Positions 48,820 through 59,479 of a stretch of 64,000 nt of DNA are shown here, one piece after another (positions within the stretch are counted from its first letter, which is position 1; every line of letters starts with the position of its first letter). The notes under the pieces are model-generated. The model had not been told where the DNA came from. It did not search any database and worked only from the letters and a program-made list of their open reading frames with translations. Location of the stretch: contig JBLWGC010000104.1 of the NCBI GenBank assembly GCA_048772705.1, positions 496,001 to 560,000 on the forward strand, read 5' to 3'. Made by a program: the position numbers and the translations under genes. Source of the DNA: Leidyana gryllorum EB-2025a. Lineage: Eukaryota; Protista; Apicomplexa.

Positions 48820-49545
48820 ATGCAGCTGGGGACCAATTACTGGTTGTGGGGTGCGTTGCTGACCCTTTCAATCCTCATAGCAACCATTGATTTTGGTCCT
48901 GGGCGGAATGTGTTGAGTGCAGTATGGCAGCCGAGTCTGCTATTCTCTCCAATCAATCCTCTACCATCTGCAGCTGCCTCAGCCAACCCGCCTCTGACCA
49001 TTCAGTACTGTGCATCCTGACAGACGAATGGAGTCGCGCGTCAAGTAGCTCAAGTACTACAACGCAATCTAATGAATCATTTCGCCGACAACCGCAGTAT
49101 TCCAGTGCTCTTCCAGGATTACTCGGCAGCTCCGATTTTCCAGATGATCCATGCTTTCCTGACTGCTATGCAGTGGATCGTTATAGCCATCTCGGTCATG
49201 GGTCCACAAGCCGTGTATCAATCGTGGAAGTTCGAGAATTTGCCCCCTCCTGCACCTGAAGCACCTCCAGGGCGTCCCTATCAGCTACCGCCTCGACGAC
49301 CTCAGCGTCCAGAGGACATACCCGTCCCCGAATGGGTTGCCTCGTGGCAGGAACATCGGTGGTACGCGGTGGCGGGACTATTCTTTCTCGGGAACATGCT
49401 CAAACAGATTGTCGTTAAGTCCAAAGCGCTTGAAGTGTTCTATGGGAACGATTTGTTGTACTCCACAGCTCGCAGCGGCCGATTCCCCACCTGGGAAGAA
49501 TTGGCGCAGGCAGTGCAACGACTGACCAAGACACCACACGCGTAG
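48820..49545 (+). CDS. SELENOT: Selenoprotein T (CxxU, UGA-Sec at 49018-49020)
   Basis: ORFs 48820-49020 and 49072-49545 are in one frame with only the TGA between them, in TIQYCAS-U-QT. C-terminal FFLGNML..ALEVFY..LYS..SGRFPTWEEL is typical of SelT. SECIS downstream. Confidence 0.92.
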
Positions 49546-49589
49546 ACTCCTCCATGGCCCTCCGCCAACAGTGGTGAATGATTGTTTTT

Positions 49590-49656
49590 CGATTGTCCTA
49601 ATGATGGGCTTCCCCTAAACTGCGAGTGAGCAGCGGGGTTGTCTTGACTGACATTG
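49590..49656 (+). promoter_or_regulatory. Eukaryotic type II SECIS element in the SelT 3' UTR
   Basis: ATGA at 49601-49604, stem GGGCTTCCCC/GGGGTTGTCT, unpaired AAA at 49617-49619, apical mini-stem CTGC/GCAG, TGA at 49645-49647, helix I TGTC/GACA. Confidence 0.85.
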
Positions 49657-49693
49657 ACTTCTTTTATTCGCCAACGGACCTCTTTACTACCAA

Positions 49694-50953
49694 ATGCAAA
49701 GGATTTGTGTACACGCCAAAGCCCATGTCCTTATTTACAGAGCCACCTCCCCGACCCCCAGCGGCTACAAATCCAGCGAATGGACCCACCAACTGGCCCA
49801 ATGCAATGCCTCCATATACATTACTCCTCCGGACGCCGGCGCTGTTGTGACTTTGCGTCTCATTGAGGACGACAGACTCTTTGCAGAGGCTCCCATAAAT
49901 CCCCATGCTCTCAATTCTTCCATTGAACAATCGATAGACTCCTCTCGAGGTTTCGCGCTCAGATTACAGGCGACGAATGGACGACATGCTTGGATTGGGC
50001 TCGTGTTCAAGGACAGAAACACTGCCTTTGACTTCTGGCACACACTACGGAAGGTCGCCTTACCTACGGTTCGTCAAGCTGAGAAGAAAAAAGATGATCA
50101 CAACTTCACAATGCTTCAACGTGAGGATATAATGCATTACTCGTGACCCTCTCTTCTGATCAGCCGCTCGGCGGATAGAAGAATGTCCGCCTGAACTAAC
50201 CCAGGTGCCCCCTTCCCCAAAGGGTGAGCTGCCACTCACAGTTGATCATATTCTCCGTGTTTCTCAGCAAAGAAACGCCGGGCGAGACGAAGGCTCGGAG
50301 TCGTTGACTCTCTGACGGAGGCTCCTTCCTCGTCGGCTTTAACGATAGGAGACCCAGACGAGGACAATGACGGAGAAACGGTGGCTGCACCGTCTCTGGG
50401 TGAGACCGAGACCGAGACCGCAAGCATAACCGCGCCCGCGCCCGCGACAGCGGCTGCCCCGTGTCTCGTTGGGACGGCGACCCTCATCGATCTGGACAGC
50501 GATAGCGTTGGTGAGGAGGCAGCGGAAGTGACAGCGACGAAAGATTCAAAGTATCTGGGATCTAACTTGCCGGAGACCGGCCAGTCGGAGACTGTGCCCC
50601 CTGATATGGACACATTGGAGAGAGCCGGCTCGAACGTCTCCATGAACGACGATATAGCATTCCCGGGGGACGAAAACTCTGTTGCCTCAAATATCAATGA
50701 GAAGGACTCAATCTGCGAGTTGGAGACGCCACAAGTATTTGAGGTCAATTCTCTGAAGCTTTCAGTGCGTGGCGCAAAGATGGTGAGACTTTGCGGTCTG
50801 TTGGTTGCATTCGGGCCGTTTTTCAGAATGGTTCTGTCGTTAAGGAATGTTGTTTGGGCAATGATGGTAAGCGTTTGGTTGTTTGTGATCAAAGGTGTCT
50901 CTTCAAGTCACGAACGAGGATACTATTGTCCGACGAAGGGAAGTGAAAGCTAA
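49694..50953 (+). CDS. NECAP: NECAP (adaptin ear-binding coat-associated protein, PHear domain) with an acidic tail
   Basis: IYRATSPTPSGYKSSEW, LFAEAPI, IEQSIDSSRGFALRL, GRHAWIGLVFKDRNTAFDF. The 3' exons are less certain. Confidence 0.8.
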
Positions 50954-51076
50954 TCCAGGAAGCATCGACGACCAATTAATTCCACCGCCCCCGGGAGGGA
51001 AGCCCAGACAGGGAAGACGAGCGCGCGGGGCGATTCGGAACACCGCCGCTGAGGCGACTATATAAACGAGCGATAG

Positions 51077-51316
51077 CTACGGGGTTGTTGTCAGAGCTTC
51101 GTGGTTCTTCAGGACCACAGCAGCCGCTTGCCGTGCTTGTAAAGTCAGCAACTTCTGCCATTGGTTCGGTACCGGTTTGCCTGTAGACGGTGATGCCCCC
51201 TTTCCACCTGATGATGACTTGTTGTTTGACTTCTTGCTGGGGGGCAAGGGAGTGGTGGTATCGGGACTAATATGATAGGTCAATGACTTAGATAACTTCC
51301 TCCATCGGGACTCCAT
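51077..51316 (-). CDS. Possible small basic hypothetical protein
   Basis: ATG at 51316 lies 28 nt from the divergent KLHDC4 start, matching the local gene spacing. No motif recognised. Confidence 0.3.
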   Translation of the reverse strand: MESRWRKLSKSLTYHISPDTTTPLPPSKKSNNKSSSGGKGASPSTGKPVPNQWQKLLTLQARQAAAVVLKNHEALTTTP

Positions 51317-51344
51317 TGTTATCTCCTCAAAAATTTCCGGGCCC

Positions 51345-53256
51345 ATGGCAGGCGGAAAGGCAGCCGCGAAAGCAGCCAAGAAGGAGAAACAGGCAGCCAA
51401 GGCTGCTCGGAAGGCTCAGAAGGGCGTTGGCCTGGAGGTGAGTCCAACATGAATAGGTTTGACGAATTAACCTCCGACAGGATGAAATTCCGATCGACGA
51501 GATCATCAAACAACTCGAAGCAAAACAAGCCGCAAAGAATGTCAATACAACTTCAATCTCGGTGACCACAGCCCCAAGCGCTCGCAGCAGCTTCAGTTTC
51601 GTATCATTGAAAGGGTAAGTTGGCTGACAGATCTTTTTCTCTCTGACCGTAAATCCCCCCTGCAGCCCATTCTTTTACCTATTTGGTGGCGAGTATTACG
51701 ACTCAAAGGTCTGCAAAGTGTTCAATGATTTGTACAAATGGCACCCCGCCAAAGAAGATGAGGAGTGGAGATTGATCACCGGCGCCCCATCTCCCAAACC
51801 CCGTTGTGGACATCAACTCTGTCTCTACCAGTGAGTGTTCACCCATAGCCAGAGCTCTTCCAAACCCGTTTGTAGAGACGATTTATATCTGTTCGGTGGA
51901 GAGTTTGCGACGAGCAATCAGTTCTACCATTTCCGAGACACCTGGAAGTTCGACACTAAGCAGAATGTGTGGCAAGAGATTCCTGGCGTTGGTCCGTCGG
52001 CTCGTTCGGGTCATCGGATGGTCGTCTGTCGAAACGTGCTGGTGCTCTTTGGAGGCTTTCACGACTCGAGCCGCGAGACCAGATGCCACAACGACCTGCA
52101 CTTGTTCTTCCCACAGCAGAACGTCTGGCGAAAGATCGTCTATCCGAGTGGACAACAGAGCGGACCCACTCCTCGTAGTGGAGTCATCATGGGAGCCACC
52201 AACGACGGGGTTTTGGTCCACGGCGGCTACAGCAAAGCCAAAGACAGCGATAAAGGGGCCCAAGGAATCACTCACAACGACAGCTGGTGGTTGGACATGA
52301 GTCCTATATTTGAAGATTGGCAGAAGGGCATACCTCAGTGGGAGAGACTGGGAAAGAAGGGTACTCCGCCCAAGAGAAACGGTACCGGGGTGGTGACCCA
52401 CAAAAGCACAGTGTATTGCTTCGGAGGTGTTGCCGACGAGGACGATGGGGGACTGGTTCTCAAAACTAGTTTGTTCTACAACGATATTGCCACCTTTGAC
52501 TTGGGCAGTAAGAGATGGGGGACCTTCACCATCTCTGCCTCCGAGGCCCAGCGCAAATTGTCTCCCGGACAGAGCTTTGCATATCTTGAGAGGTGTGGAA
52601 AGTTATGGTGCGTCATAGTTGAGACTGCCAACCCATTCCAAGGCCTCGCAAACTTGAAGGAGGGCGACGAACGGGTAGTGGATGCCAATGTCCGTTTCAA
52701 TGTCGATCCCAAAACCATGACGGAGCCTTTGCCGCGTATGGGAGCCGCTGTGACGGTCAAAGACAACTACATCTATGTGGCCTATGGGATCTTGGAAGTC
52801 GGCGCACGGACGATTGTTTTAGATGACTGTTGGAAGATTCATGTGAATGGCCGAAGCAATTGGGAAGTGGTGCTGCCGGGTACATATTGGCAGAAAGAAT
52901 GGCAGGAAGATGTTAGCAGCGCTGAGAGTGAAGAGGAACCATCTGATCTCGACGACACATCTTCCTCCGATAGCGGAGCCGAGACCGAGTCGTCGTCCAG
53001 CTGTAGTGGCACAGACGACGACGACAACGACGAGGAGAGCAGTGAGGAGAGAGAGCCCAGACCGTACAAAAACGAAGCTCTGAAGGAGTACTTTGACCGA
53101 ACTCGGCTTTACTGGAAAAAGAAAGTGGCCGATGAGGGGTTGGCAGATAGCGCGCAAGGAGAAAAGATTGTGATGCAACAATCTTTTCAAGCTGCCAAAG
53201 ACTACTTTGCCAACGCCAAACCAATCAAGAGACCCACACAGCAGCAGCCGCAGTGA
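51345..53256 (+). CDS. KLHDC4: Kelch domain-containing protein 4 (Kel3-like) with C-terminal DUF4110
   Basis: Lys/Ala-rich N-terminus, PSARS, LFGGEY, LFGGEF..QFYHFRDTW, PSARSGHRM, acidic tract, PRPYKNEALKEYFDRT. Confidence 0.9.
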
Positions 53257-53749
53257 GAAAGAAAGAGCATTTGATCGAAATTCAACCCCCAGGAACAGTG
53301 GAACAACTACTTCCGATACCAATATATTTGTGTAGATAGGCCGACCACCCCACAACGGTAAAGAGACTGTTGGTGGTGACCGTCGGTGGCAGTGTAGTGA
53401 TCCTCCTTCTCCTTAGTGTCGGTGAGACGCCAATAGGGGCGGGATAGATAAGTTGGTAACTCTGTTCACTGCAATGCGGGCTGTGTGCGTGAGGGTTGGA
53501 AAGACATGTAATAGAAACTCTTAGGCATAAGCAAAGTCTCAGCCAACACCAAAGTTGCCGTCGCTCGGCTACCTATTGGGCGGGTGACACATTTCAATCA
53601 GGGAGACTCCTGCCGGAGCGGAAGTGCAATGTTTGTTGCGTTCTTGGGGGTCTTTAAGCTCCCACCTCGTGTAGGGAGGGAGACGAAGGGTGGGGGGGTT
53701 GGACGAAACGTGTCTCTAGTTTACGTGGGCCGTGTAAATAACTCAATAA

Positions 53750-54811
53750 TTAGGATTCTGGAGAAGTGTCGGTTTCTTCTACAGAATATGTCTCTTGTGT
53801 TCCCTCTGTGGTATCTCGGGTTGTCTCGAGAGTTCTCTTGGTTTCGATGCAGCCTACCTCGATCTGGTGGCCGCCATCGTGGATTGTGGCCTCGTAGGGG
53901 CCGCGGTGGTTCAAGATTTGACGGAGAAGATCCGGGGCGAGCTCCAAGGGCCTGATGTGTGAGGTCGACCGGATATAATGCCTCCTGGCTCCGTCTTTGG
54001 ACACAAAACACCACAGTCCTGACTCATATAATGGGGAAACGATCAAATACTTGTCGTTCTCCCGTGCTGGATCGGAGAAGAGGGACACAGCAACTGGTCC
54101 GCTTTGGTAAATACTGGGCAGTGGACCCGGTGATTGAGGTTGCGGACTCTCGGGACGAAGATGAATGATCATCCGATCAGCATCGGGTCCAACGCTTTCA
54201 ACCTGGCACTCCAAGTAATACGAGGCGCTCTCGGGATCGAGGAGCTCTATGACAAGACTGGCAGCGTTGCTGCTCACTATCCCTTCCCTCACCCATCTGA
54301 AGAGAGGAGTCCCATCCAAGCAGGCGTTCTTGCAATAGGCGGAGAGCTTCAGTGGGCTGAGTAATATGGGGAGACAGCGTTGGAACAGAGGGAGCCGTTC
54401 TTTGAAATCGGGTCTCAACCCATCATATATCTGTTCAGAAACAGTCTCCAACAGTCGCGATTGAGCCGAGTCGCTCATGGACGCTTCAGCGACGAAGGCG
54501 GCCCAACATGGATTGTCCCGCAGCAGACCCTTCAATAAGGAAAGATAAAAAGGTTTGGCTGCAGTCGGTCCGTAGGCCTGGACTACGTGGTTCAACGCGT
54601 GGAACCGTTCGAGATCGTCCCTTTGGGGTGGAAGGATCAATTCATCGTGAAAACTTCGCAACGCCGATCCATAGCGGGTCGCCCATGCGGTGGCGGCCTC
54701 TGCTGTAGAGGTGAACACAATAGACATCAGGGCCGCGCAATATGACGATGAATCTTTGTCTTTCCTTACGGTGCTCTGCCGCACTCTCGGACGGACACGA
54801 GGTGCTTTCAT
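53750..54811 (-). CDS. Orphan protein 1 of the intronless array
   Basis: 353-aa ATG ORF. Basic N-terminus followed by a short hydrophobic stretch. Confidence 0.6.
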   Translation of the reverse strand: MKAPRVRPRVRQSTVRKDKDSSSYCAALMSIVFTSTAEAATAWATRYGSALRSFHDELILPPQRDDLERFHALNHVVQAYGPTAAKPFYLSLLKGLLRDNPCWAAFVAEASMSDSAQSRLLETVSEQIYDGLRPDFKERLPLFQRCLPILLSPLKLSAYCKNACLDGTPLFRWVREGIVSSNAASLVIELLDPESASYYLECQVESVGPDADRMIIHLRPESPQPQSPGPLPSIYQSGPVAVSLFSDPARENDKYLIVSPLYESGLWCFVSKDGARRHYIRSTSHIRPLELAPDLLRQILNHRGPYEATIHDGGHQIEVGCIETKRTLETTRDTTEGTQETYSVEETDTSPES

Positions 54812-55032
54812 TTCATGACATCGAAAAAGATTATTACCCGTTAGATGCGATGCGGCATTTTGTCCTTTTGACTACGGCGGTCCAAAGAGACCGACCATTC
54901 GACAGTGCTAATTTACATGAAATCAATGTGGCTTCCAAAAATCGGCCTGAGTTGCAAGTAGCTCTAACGATCGATATGCGTCCGAAATCTCACTGAGGGC
55001 GACCAGTCGCGCAGCAATAGGGCCGGGGTCAA

Positions 55033-56331
55033 TCAAGTGTCGTCGCAATAAGTCGAGTAAACTGTGTCAGCGGTATGCCGCTGATTTGAGTGTTCGGGGT
55101 GGATAGGGAGGGGAATTTTCCGCGGCCGTACCCCTGGCACAAAGAGAATTAGTGTCTTCTCACCAGCATTGAACTCGGCAAAAGTCTCGATTCGCGCTGG
55201 GAGAGTATCGAGGGTAAAGTGAACGAGATTCTGAAACTCAGTGTTCCTCATTGCTTCTTGACCGTAATTCTCGGGATCTCTCAGGATGGTGAGTCTCCTC
55301 TCACCGTCTCCCGACAATATGCGAACGATCACATCTTTGTTCATCTCGTCGATGAAGTGATAGAACCTTCTTCGCACTGTGTTCTTCCATGGTGCTGTAA
55401 AGAGAGTGTTTGGGTGGGGTTTGGAGTACGTATATTTGTAAACCGAGTCGACTCTGCCACCCCCAGAACGCCCATACATTTCGTACGCAGCAGCTGCGAA
55501 TATGGGTTCGTCCAAGGCATCAAGGACACACTCGTCTTCCTCCGGCATTTGTTCGTGCTTTTCAGAGCCACACACAACAGGAGTTCTGGCGGCGGTACCA
55601 GTGTCTCCCGCCGATACACCAGCGTCTCCTGTTGTTGTGGAAACGTTCCCCTCTGTGGTAGCATAGCGGCATGCGGCAGCTTCTTCTCCGGCGCCAGCAT
55701 CTCTGTCTGCGGCTGCAACGTGGCCGGTGGCCACCACTTTATCCTTAATTTTCCCGTCTCCTCGGACGAGGGGCGTCTGTTCGGCATTGACGAGGTTCAG
55801 GACGTCTTCAAGTTGATCGCCAGTGTACTCCCTCGCGGGGCAGTACACGGGGGAAGGACTCAAACTTGCCCACAAATCAGCCAAGCTCTCAGCCACGACG
55901 CCCCAGTATCCTCCCGAATGGGCGTAGAGTTCGATGTAAGTCTTCATCGCCTGGAGTTCGGGTGAACTCTTACCCCATAATTGTCTAAACCGCTTGTACC
56001 AACTCTCAACGGTCTTTGGCCATCGAGTACGACATCGCTCCATCAGCATCCGAGTTTTGAAAGTGTCCAAGCATTCCTTCACATTCTCCGCTTGTTGCTG
56101 GGGATCTATGGCATTTCTGAGTTGCTCTACGCGATAGGCGGAAGGGATTCGAGCACCTGAGGAGCCCTCTGTGTTTTCTGCATTCTTCTGTTCCGGAAAG
56201 CAGCATTCAATAGCTGATAGGAGGTTTGGCCATACCACAGCATTGAAGAAGGCCCCCGTTGCACAAGTCACTCGGGAGCCCAATGGCGGCTGACGACGTT
56301 TGGTGGTATTTGAGGGGATTCTGAGCTTCAT
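55033..56331 (-). CDS. Orphan protein 2 of the intronless array
   Basis: 432-aa ATG ORF with a T-tract upstream. Confidence 0.65.
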   Translation of the reverse strand: MKLRIPSNTTKRRQPPLGSRVTCATGAFFNAVVWPNLLSAIECCFPEQKNAENTEGSSGARIPSAYRVEQLRNAIDPQQQAENVKECLDTFKTRMLMERCRTRWPKTVESWYKRFRQLWGKSSPELQAMKTYIELYAHSGGYWGVVAESLADLWASLSPSPVYCPAREYTGDQLEDVLNLVNAEQTPLVRGDGKIKDKVVATGHVAAADRDAGAGEEAAACRYATTEGNVSTTTGDAGVSAGDTGTAARTPVVCGSEKHEQMPEEDECVLDALDEPIFAAAAYEMYGRSGGGRVDSVYKYTYSKPHPNTLFTAPWKNTVRRRFYHFIDEMNKDVIVRILSGDGERRLTILRDPENYGQEAMRNTEFQNLVHFTLDTLPARIETFAEFNAGEKTLILFVPGVRPRKIPLPIHPEHSNQRHTADTVYSTYCDDT

Positions 56332-56390
56332 TCAATCCAAAAAAACACTTCGAAGGATTGTTGCCACTCAAGCTGAGCTGACCTATGAGC

Positions 56391-56422
56391 GACTGACTGA
56401 CTGACTGACTGATTGATTGATT
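56391..56422. repeat. Compound microsatellite (GACT)5(GATT)3
   Basis: Read directly from the sequence. Confidence 0.9.
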
Positions 56423-56604
56423 CTCTTTGGCTGTTGATACGAAGTTTCTTACTCAATTCATCTAACGAACTGAACGAGTTCGCATCCAAAAGTCACAGCT
56501 GCTTTTCACTACCTGAACAATTCTAATGCGACGTGCTGCTCGCCTCTTCGACCTATGCAGGAAATCGGGAGGCTGCCCTATCCCACAATCCTGTCTTCTT
56601 GCGC

Positions 56605-59007
56605 TTACTGCTGCTGCTGAGCTGCTCTCTTGGCTTCTTTTGCCCGCTGTTGGTCCGTGTCCCCGGCGATGCTTGACAAATACTCTCGTCCGTCGACAGT
56701 CTGACACTTTGCTCTGGACGCAAGGTTAATGCCGGGGCGGACGAAGGTTGGATAGTGGAATCCGGTCCAGACAATGTTTTTCGACCGCTTCCGAGGCAGC
56801 AAGTCGCAAAGAAGCGCTTCCATGTCAGCGATCTTTCGGGACTTGATGATTGGGATGTACTTTTCTGCTGTCGCTTCATCGTCCGCGTTAATTACTGTTG
56901 TGAACATTCTCAGAACGAGGTGCGATTCGTCTCTTTCAGGTAGGGACGCCACAAGATCACCGGCCTTAAATTGTGCGTGATCGCGCAGAGCGTACTCAGC
57001 ACTGGCGTCGTGGGTTGTGAGCAAAAACTTGTCGTCTCCCTCGCAAATTTGGATGTAGGCGTGTTGGGGTGCCTTGCATACCCTATTGACGGTGTTGATG
57101 ACTACATTGAGGTCAACTTGGTCTCCCAGCGTCCGATAAAGTGTGAAACTCGGCGCCTGCACGGAACAAAAGTAAATCTCCTCACCGAAGGCCAAATCTC
57201 TCCCGGCATAGACCACATAGTCCGGGTGGCCCTCGATGCTCTGCACTTCCGGCTTCAAATGAGGGTTCTGAGGAATCACCTTTAGAAGTGCTCGCGCTTC
57301 GGGTGACAATTGACTCGTCTTTGGCCGTACGAACTCTCCCAGCAGAACCCGCTCCCTCTCAAAGAACAAGTCAAGAGCAGCATCCCGGACAGGCATCTGT
57401 TGGTCGGCGGGGGCGGCGGCGACGGTTGGTGCAGTGGTGGCCTCGCCTTCGGTTTGGGGGGCGGCTGAGTCGGTATCGTCAGCGGCTTGAACTGATGACA
57501 TAGCCTGAGAAGCTTTGTCTGCTGCGATCGCGGCCGTTAACTCGATGCGCGGAAACCGGCGAGCCATCCATCTGAGAATGGGATTAGGGAGCCTATTGGC
57601 CAATCGACGCATTGCCACCTTCAAACTCGAGGCCCTTTTCAAAAGGGAAACTTTCGGTACTTTGACGTCAACAAGTGTCGCGTCGTCTGACAAGTGTGAC
57701 TCTGGGGGGGGATTTGAGTCTTCGGGGCGGTGGTCATCCGCTAGACTTGGGGAGGTCTCCACCGGAGCCGAGGAGGCTTCAACCGGAGTCGGGGTGTCCT
57801 CCACGACCATTGGGGACTGTTCTTTTTGAGCTTGAGGGACATAATCATCGTAAACGAGGTCAAAGTACGCCGAAATAGTGTCGAGTGGGACGAGGCGCCT
57901 CTTGGCCTGACGGTCAGCATAAGCCAACTTCTCAGCAGCCTTGACCATCTTGTCAGCGGCATCAGTCCGGATATCCCGGAGACTAGCGCCCCTTCGGACA
58001 GTAAAGACGGGGAAACATTGCCTTTCTCCATCGGAAGCCGACTGCAATTGGCCAACAACCTTCTCAAGAAGCTCCGCCACCCGCACATTGTCGACCACTC
58101 TGGTCCACTCTTTGAAGTGGAGAGGGGTGTAAAACTTGCCATCAGAGAATAGCACTCTGTTCCATAGCCTCTTGGCCTCCGGGTCGACAAATCCATTCGG
58201 ATGGAGACGTTGGACTGGCTGTGAAGAATCAGTAGTAAGGAGCGCCTGAGGTGGGTCATAAGGGCAGTGTCTCTTCCAGTTGACCACTTCGCCCCGTACA
58301 GAGGTCCCTGGCTTCACATGGGCCCAAAATCCAGCCGGGATGGTCATGTCTTCGGGGCAACCCTTCAGCACAACCTCCCTCCCATCCGTCTTGTAAACGA
58401 CGGTGAAGTATTGGTGTTCTTCTTCTGTTTCTCTGTCTACGCTGTCGACCTTCATGATGTAAACATCTGGGATGCCATTCCGCCGTACTTCCTCACACCT
58501 TATCCTCACCGTCAACTCGCCCGCTGAGAAGCTCGCGAACGAGTCCCGGATGTTGAAATACCATTCGGACCCGGTTGGCTGGGGGATGTCCGGAGACATC
58601 TCCAGATGCTCAGCAAGCCGGGCAGCGACAGCCGGAGAACAAATGTACCCCATTTGGGCCATCCAATTGTGTCTGGTGACCTCGTTGCAAGGAACGTCTC
58701 TTGCTTCGAGACGGCCATCCCGACTCAAATGCTTCATGAGAGTCCGCCCGAAATCCCATCGGTCCCCCTTTCCCATTACATTGGTCACCAGCTTCGCGAA
58801 AGATTGAGCCCCAGGCCTCTTTGCCCGACGAGAATCTTGTGTCAGCGCTATGGACCATAAAGGGTGGTCTGCGTCCAGTACCCATGGTGTGTCATTACAA
58901 ATCAGCGCATCGGTAAACTGGCCGGCTGTGTAGAGGAAAGCTGAAAAGAGCTCGCGGTCCTTGGATATCAAGTGTCTTCGAGTGCCTCTCACTCGGACAG
59001 CCATCAT
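56605..59007 (-). CDS. Orphan protein 3 of the intronless array (~800 aa)
   Basis: Long ORF. First ATG at 59007 (MMAVRVRGTRR); the track start at 59154 is a GTG. Confidence 0.7.
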   Translation of the reverse strand: MMAVRVRGTRRHLISKDRELFSAFLYTAGQFTDALICNDTPWVLDADHPLWSIALTQDSRRAKRPGAQSFAKLVTNVMGKGDRWDFGRTLMKHLSRDGRLEARDVPCNEVTRHNWMAQMGYICSPAVAARLAEHLEMSPDIPQPTGSEWYFNIRDSFASFSAGELTVRIRCEEVRRNGIPDVYIMKVDSVDRETEEEHQYFTVVYKTDGREVVLKGCPEDMTIPAGFWAHVKPGTSVRGEVVNWKRHCPYDPPQALLTTDSSQPVQRLHPNGFVDPEAKRLWNRVLFSDGKFYTPLHFKEWTRVVDNVRVAELLEKVVGQLQSASDGERQCFPVFTVRRGASLRDIRTDAADKMVKAAEKLAYADRQAKRRLVPLDTISAYFDLVYDDYVPQAQKEQSPMVVEDTPTPVEASSAPVETSPSLADDHRPEDSNPPPESHLSDDATLVDVKVPKVSLLKRASSLKVAMRRLANRLPNPILRWMARRFPRIELTAAIAADKASQAMSSVQAADDTDSAAPQTEGEATTAPTVAAAPADQQMPVRDAALDLFFERERVLLGEFVRPKTSQLSPEARALLKVIPQNPHLKPEVQSIEGHPDYVVYAGRDLAFGEEIYFCSVQAPSFTLYRTLGDQVDLNVVINTVNRVCKAPQHAYIQICEGDDKFLLTTHDASAEYALRDHAQFKAGDLVASLPERDESHLVLRMFTTVINADDEATAEKYIPIIKSRKIADMEALLCDLLPRKRSKNIVWTGFHYPTFVRPGINLASRAKCQTVDGREYLSSIAGDTDQQRAKEAKRAAQQQQ

Positions 59008-59479
59008 TGCAAAAACAACAATTACACCCGACAAACTGTGATTTGGGGCGTACTGTCGCCAACCAGTACGAAACCGCCCACTTTTGGTACTTCCGCCGAT
59101 ATTGATAACCAAAGGGGGCGGACCAAGCCACAACAGCCACAGCAGAACATTCACTCATGATGCTCAACGACGAAAGCTACCAAGCACAGTGGTGGTGGTA
59201 GAGACAAAAACGACAAACGGAGATGGCAAAGGCAACGGCATAGGCAACTGCAAAGACTGCTTTCGTTCAGCTGATAACACTTCCTCTGTAGATTTGCTCG
59301 ATATCTGGATTCAGAACGATGGGCTTCACAGCTTCAAATATGAGGGAAAGTGCGATAAGTGGGTGTTGGACTACCACTATTTATTTCGTGCGAAGTGTGT
59401 GTAATCAATGATCAATCATCAATGAGCGTTGTTTGTTTGTGAAGCCAAGGGAAGGGAGGGAAGGCCAGCGTATTGTTTC

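Noticed and set aside
49018-49020. Genome-wide UGA reassignment
   Set aside because: TGA ends many conserved genes here (RPA2, H3, XPO4, RBM19, KLHDC4). Readthrough is specific to the SECIS-bearing gene.
1-53256. Apparent frameshifted pseudogenes (many adjacent ORF fragments)
   Set aside because: The breaks checked are explained by short GT-AG introns that restore the frame.
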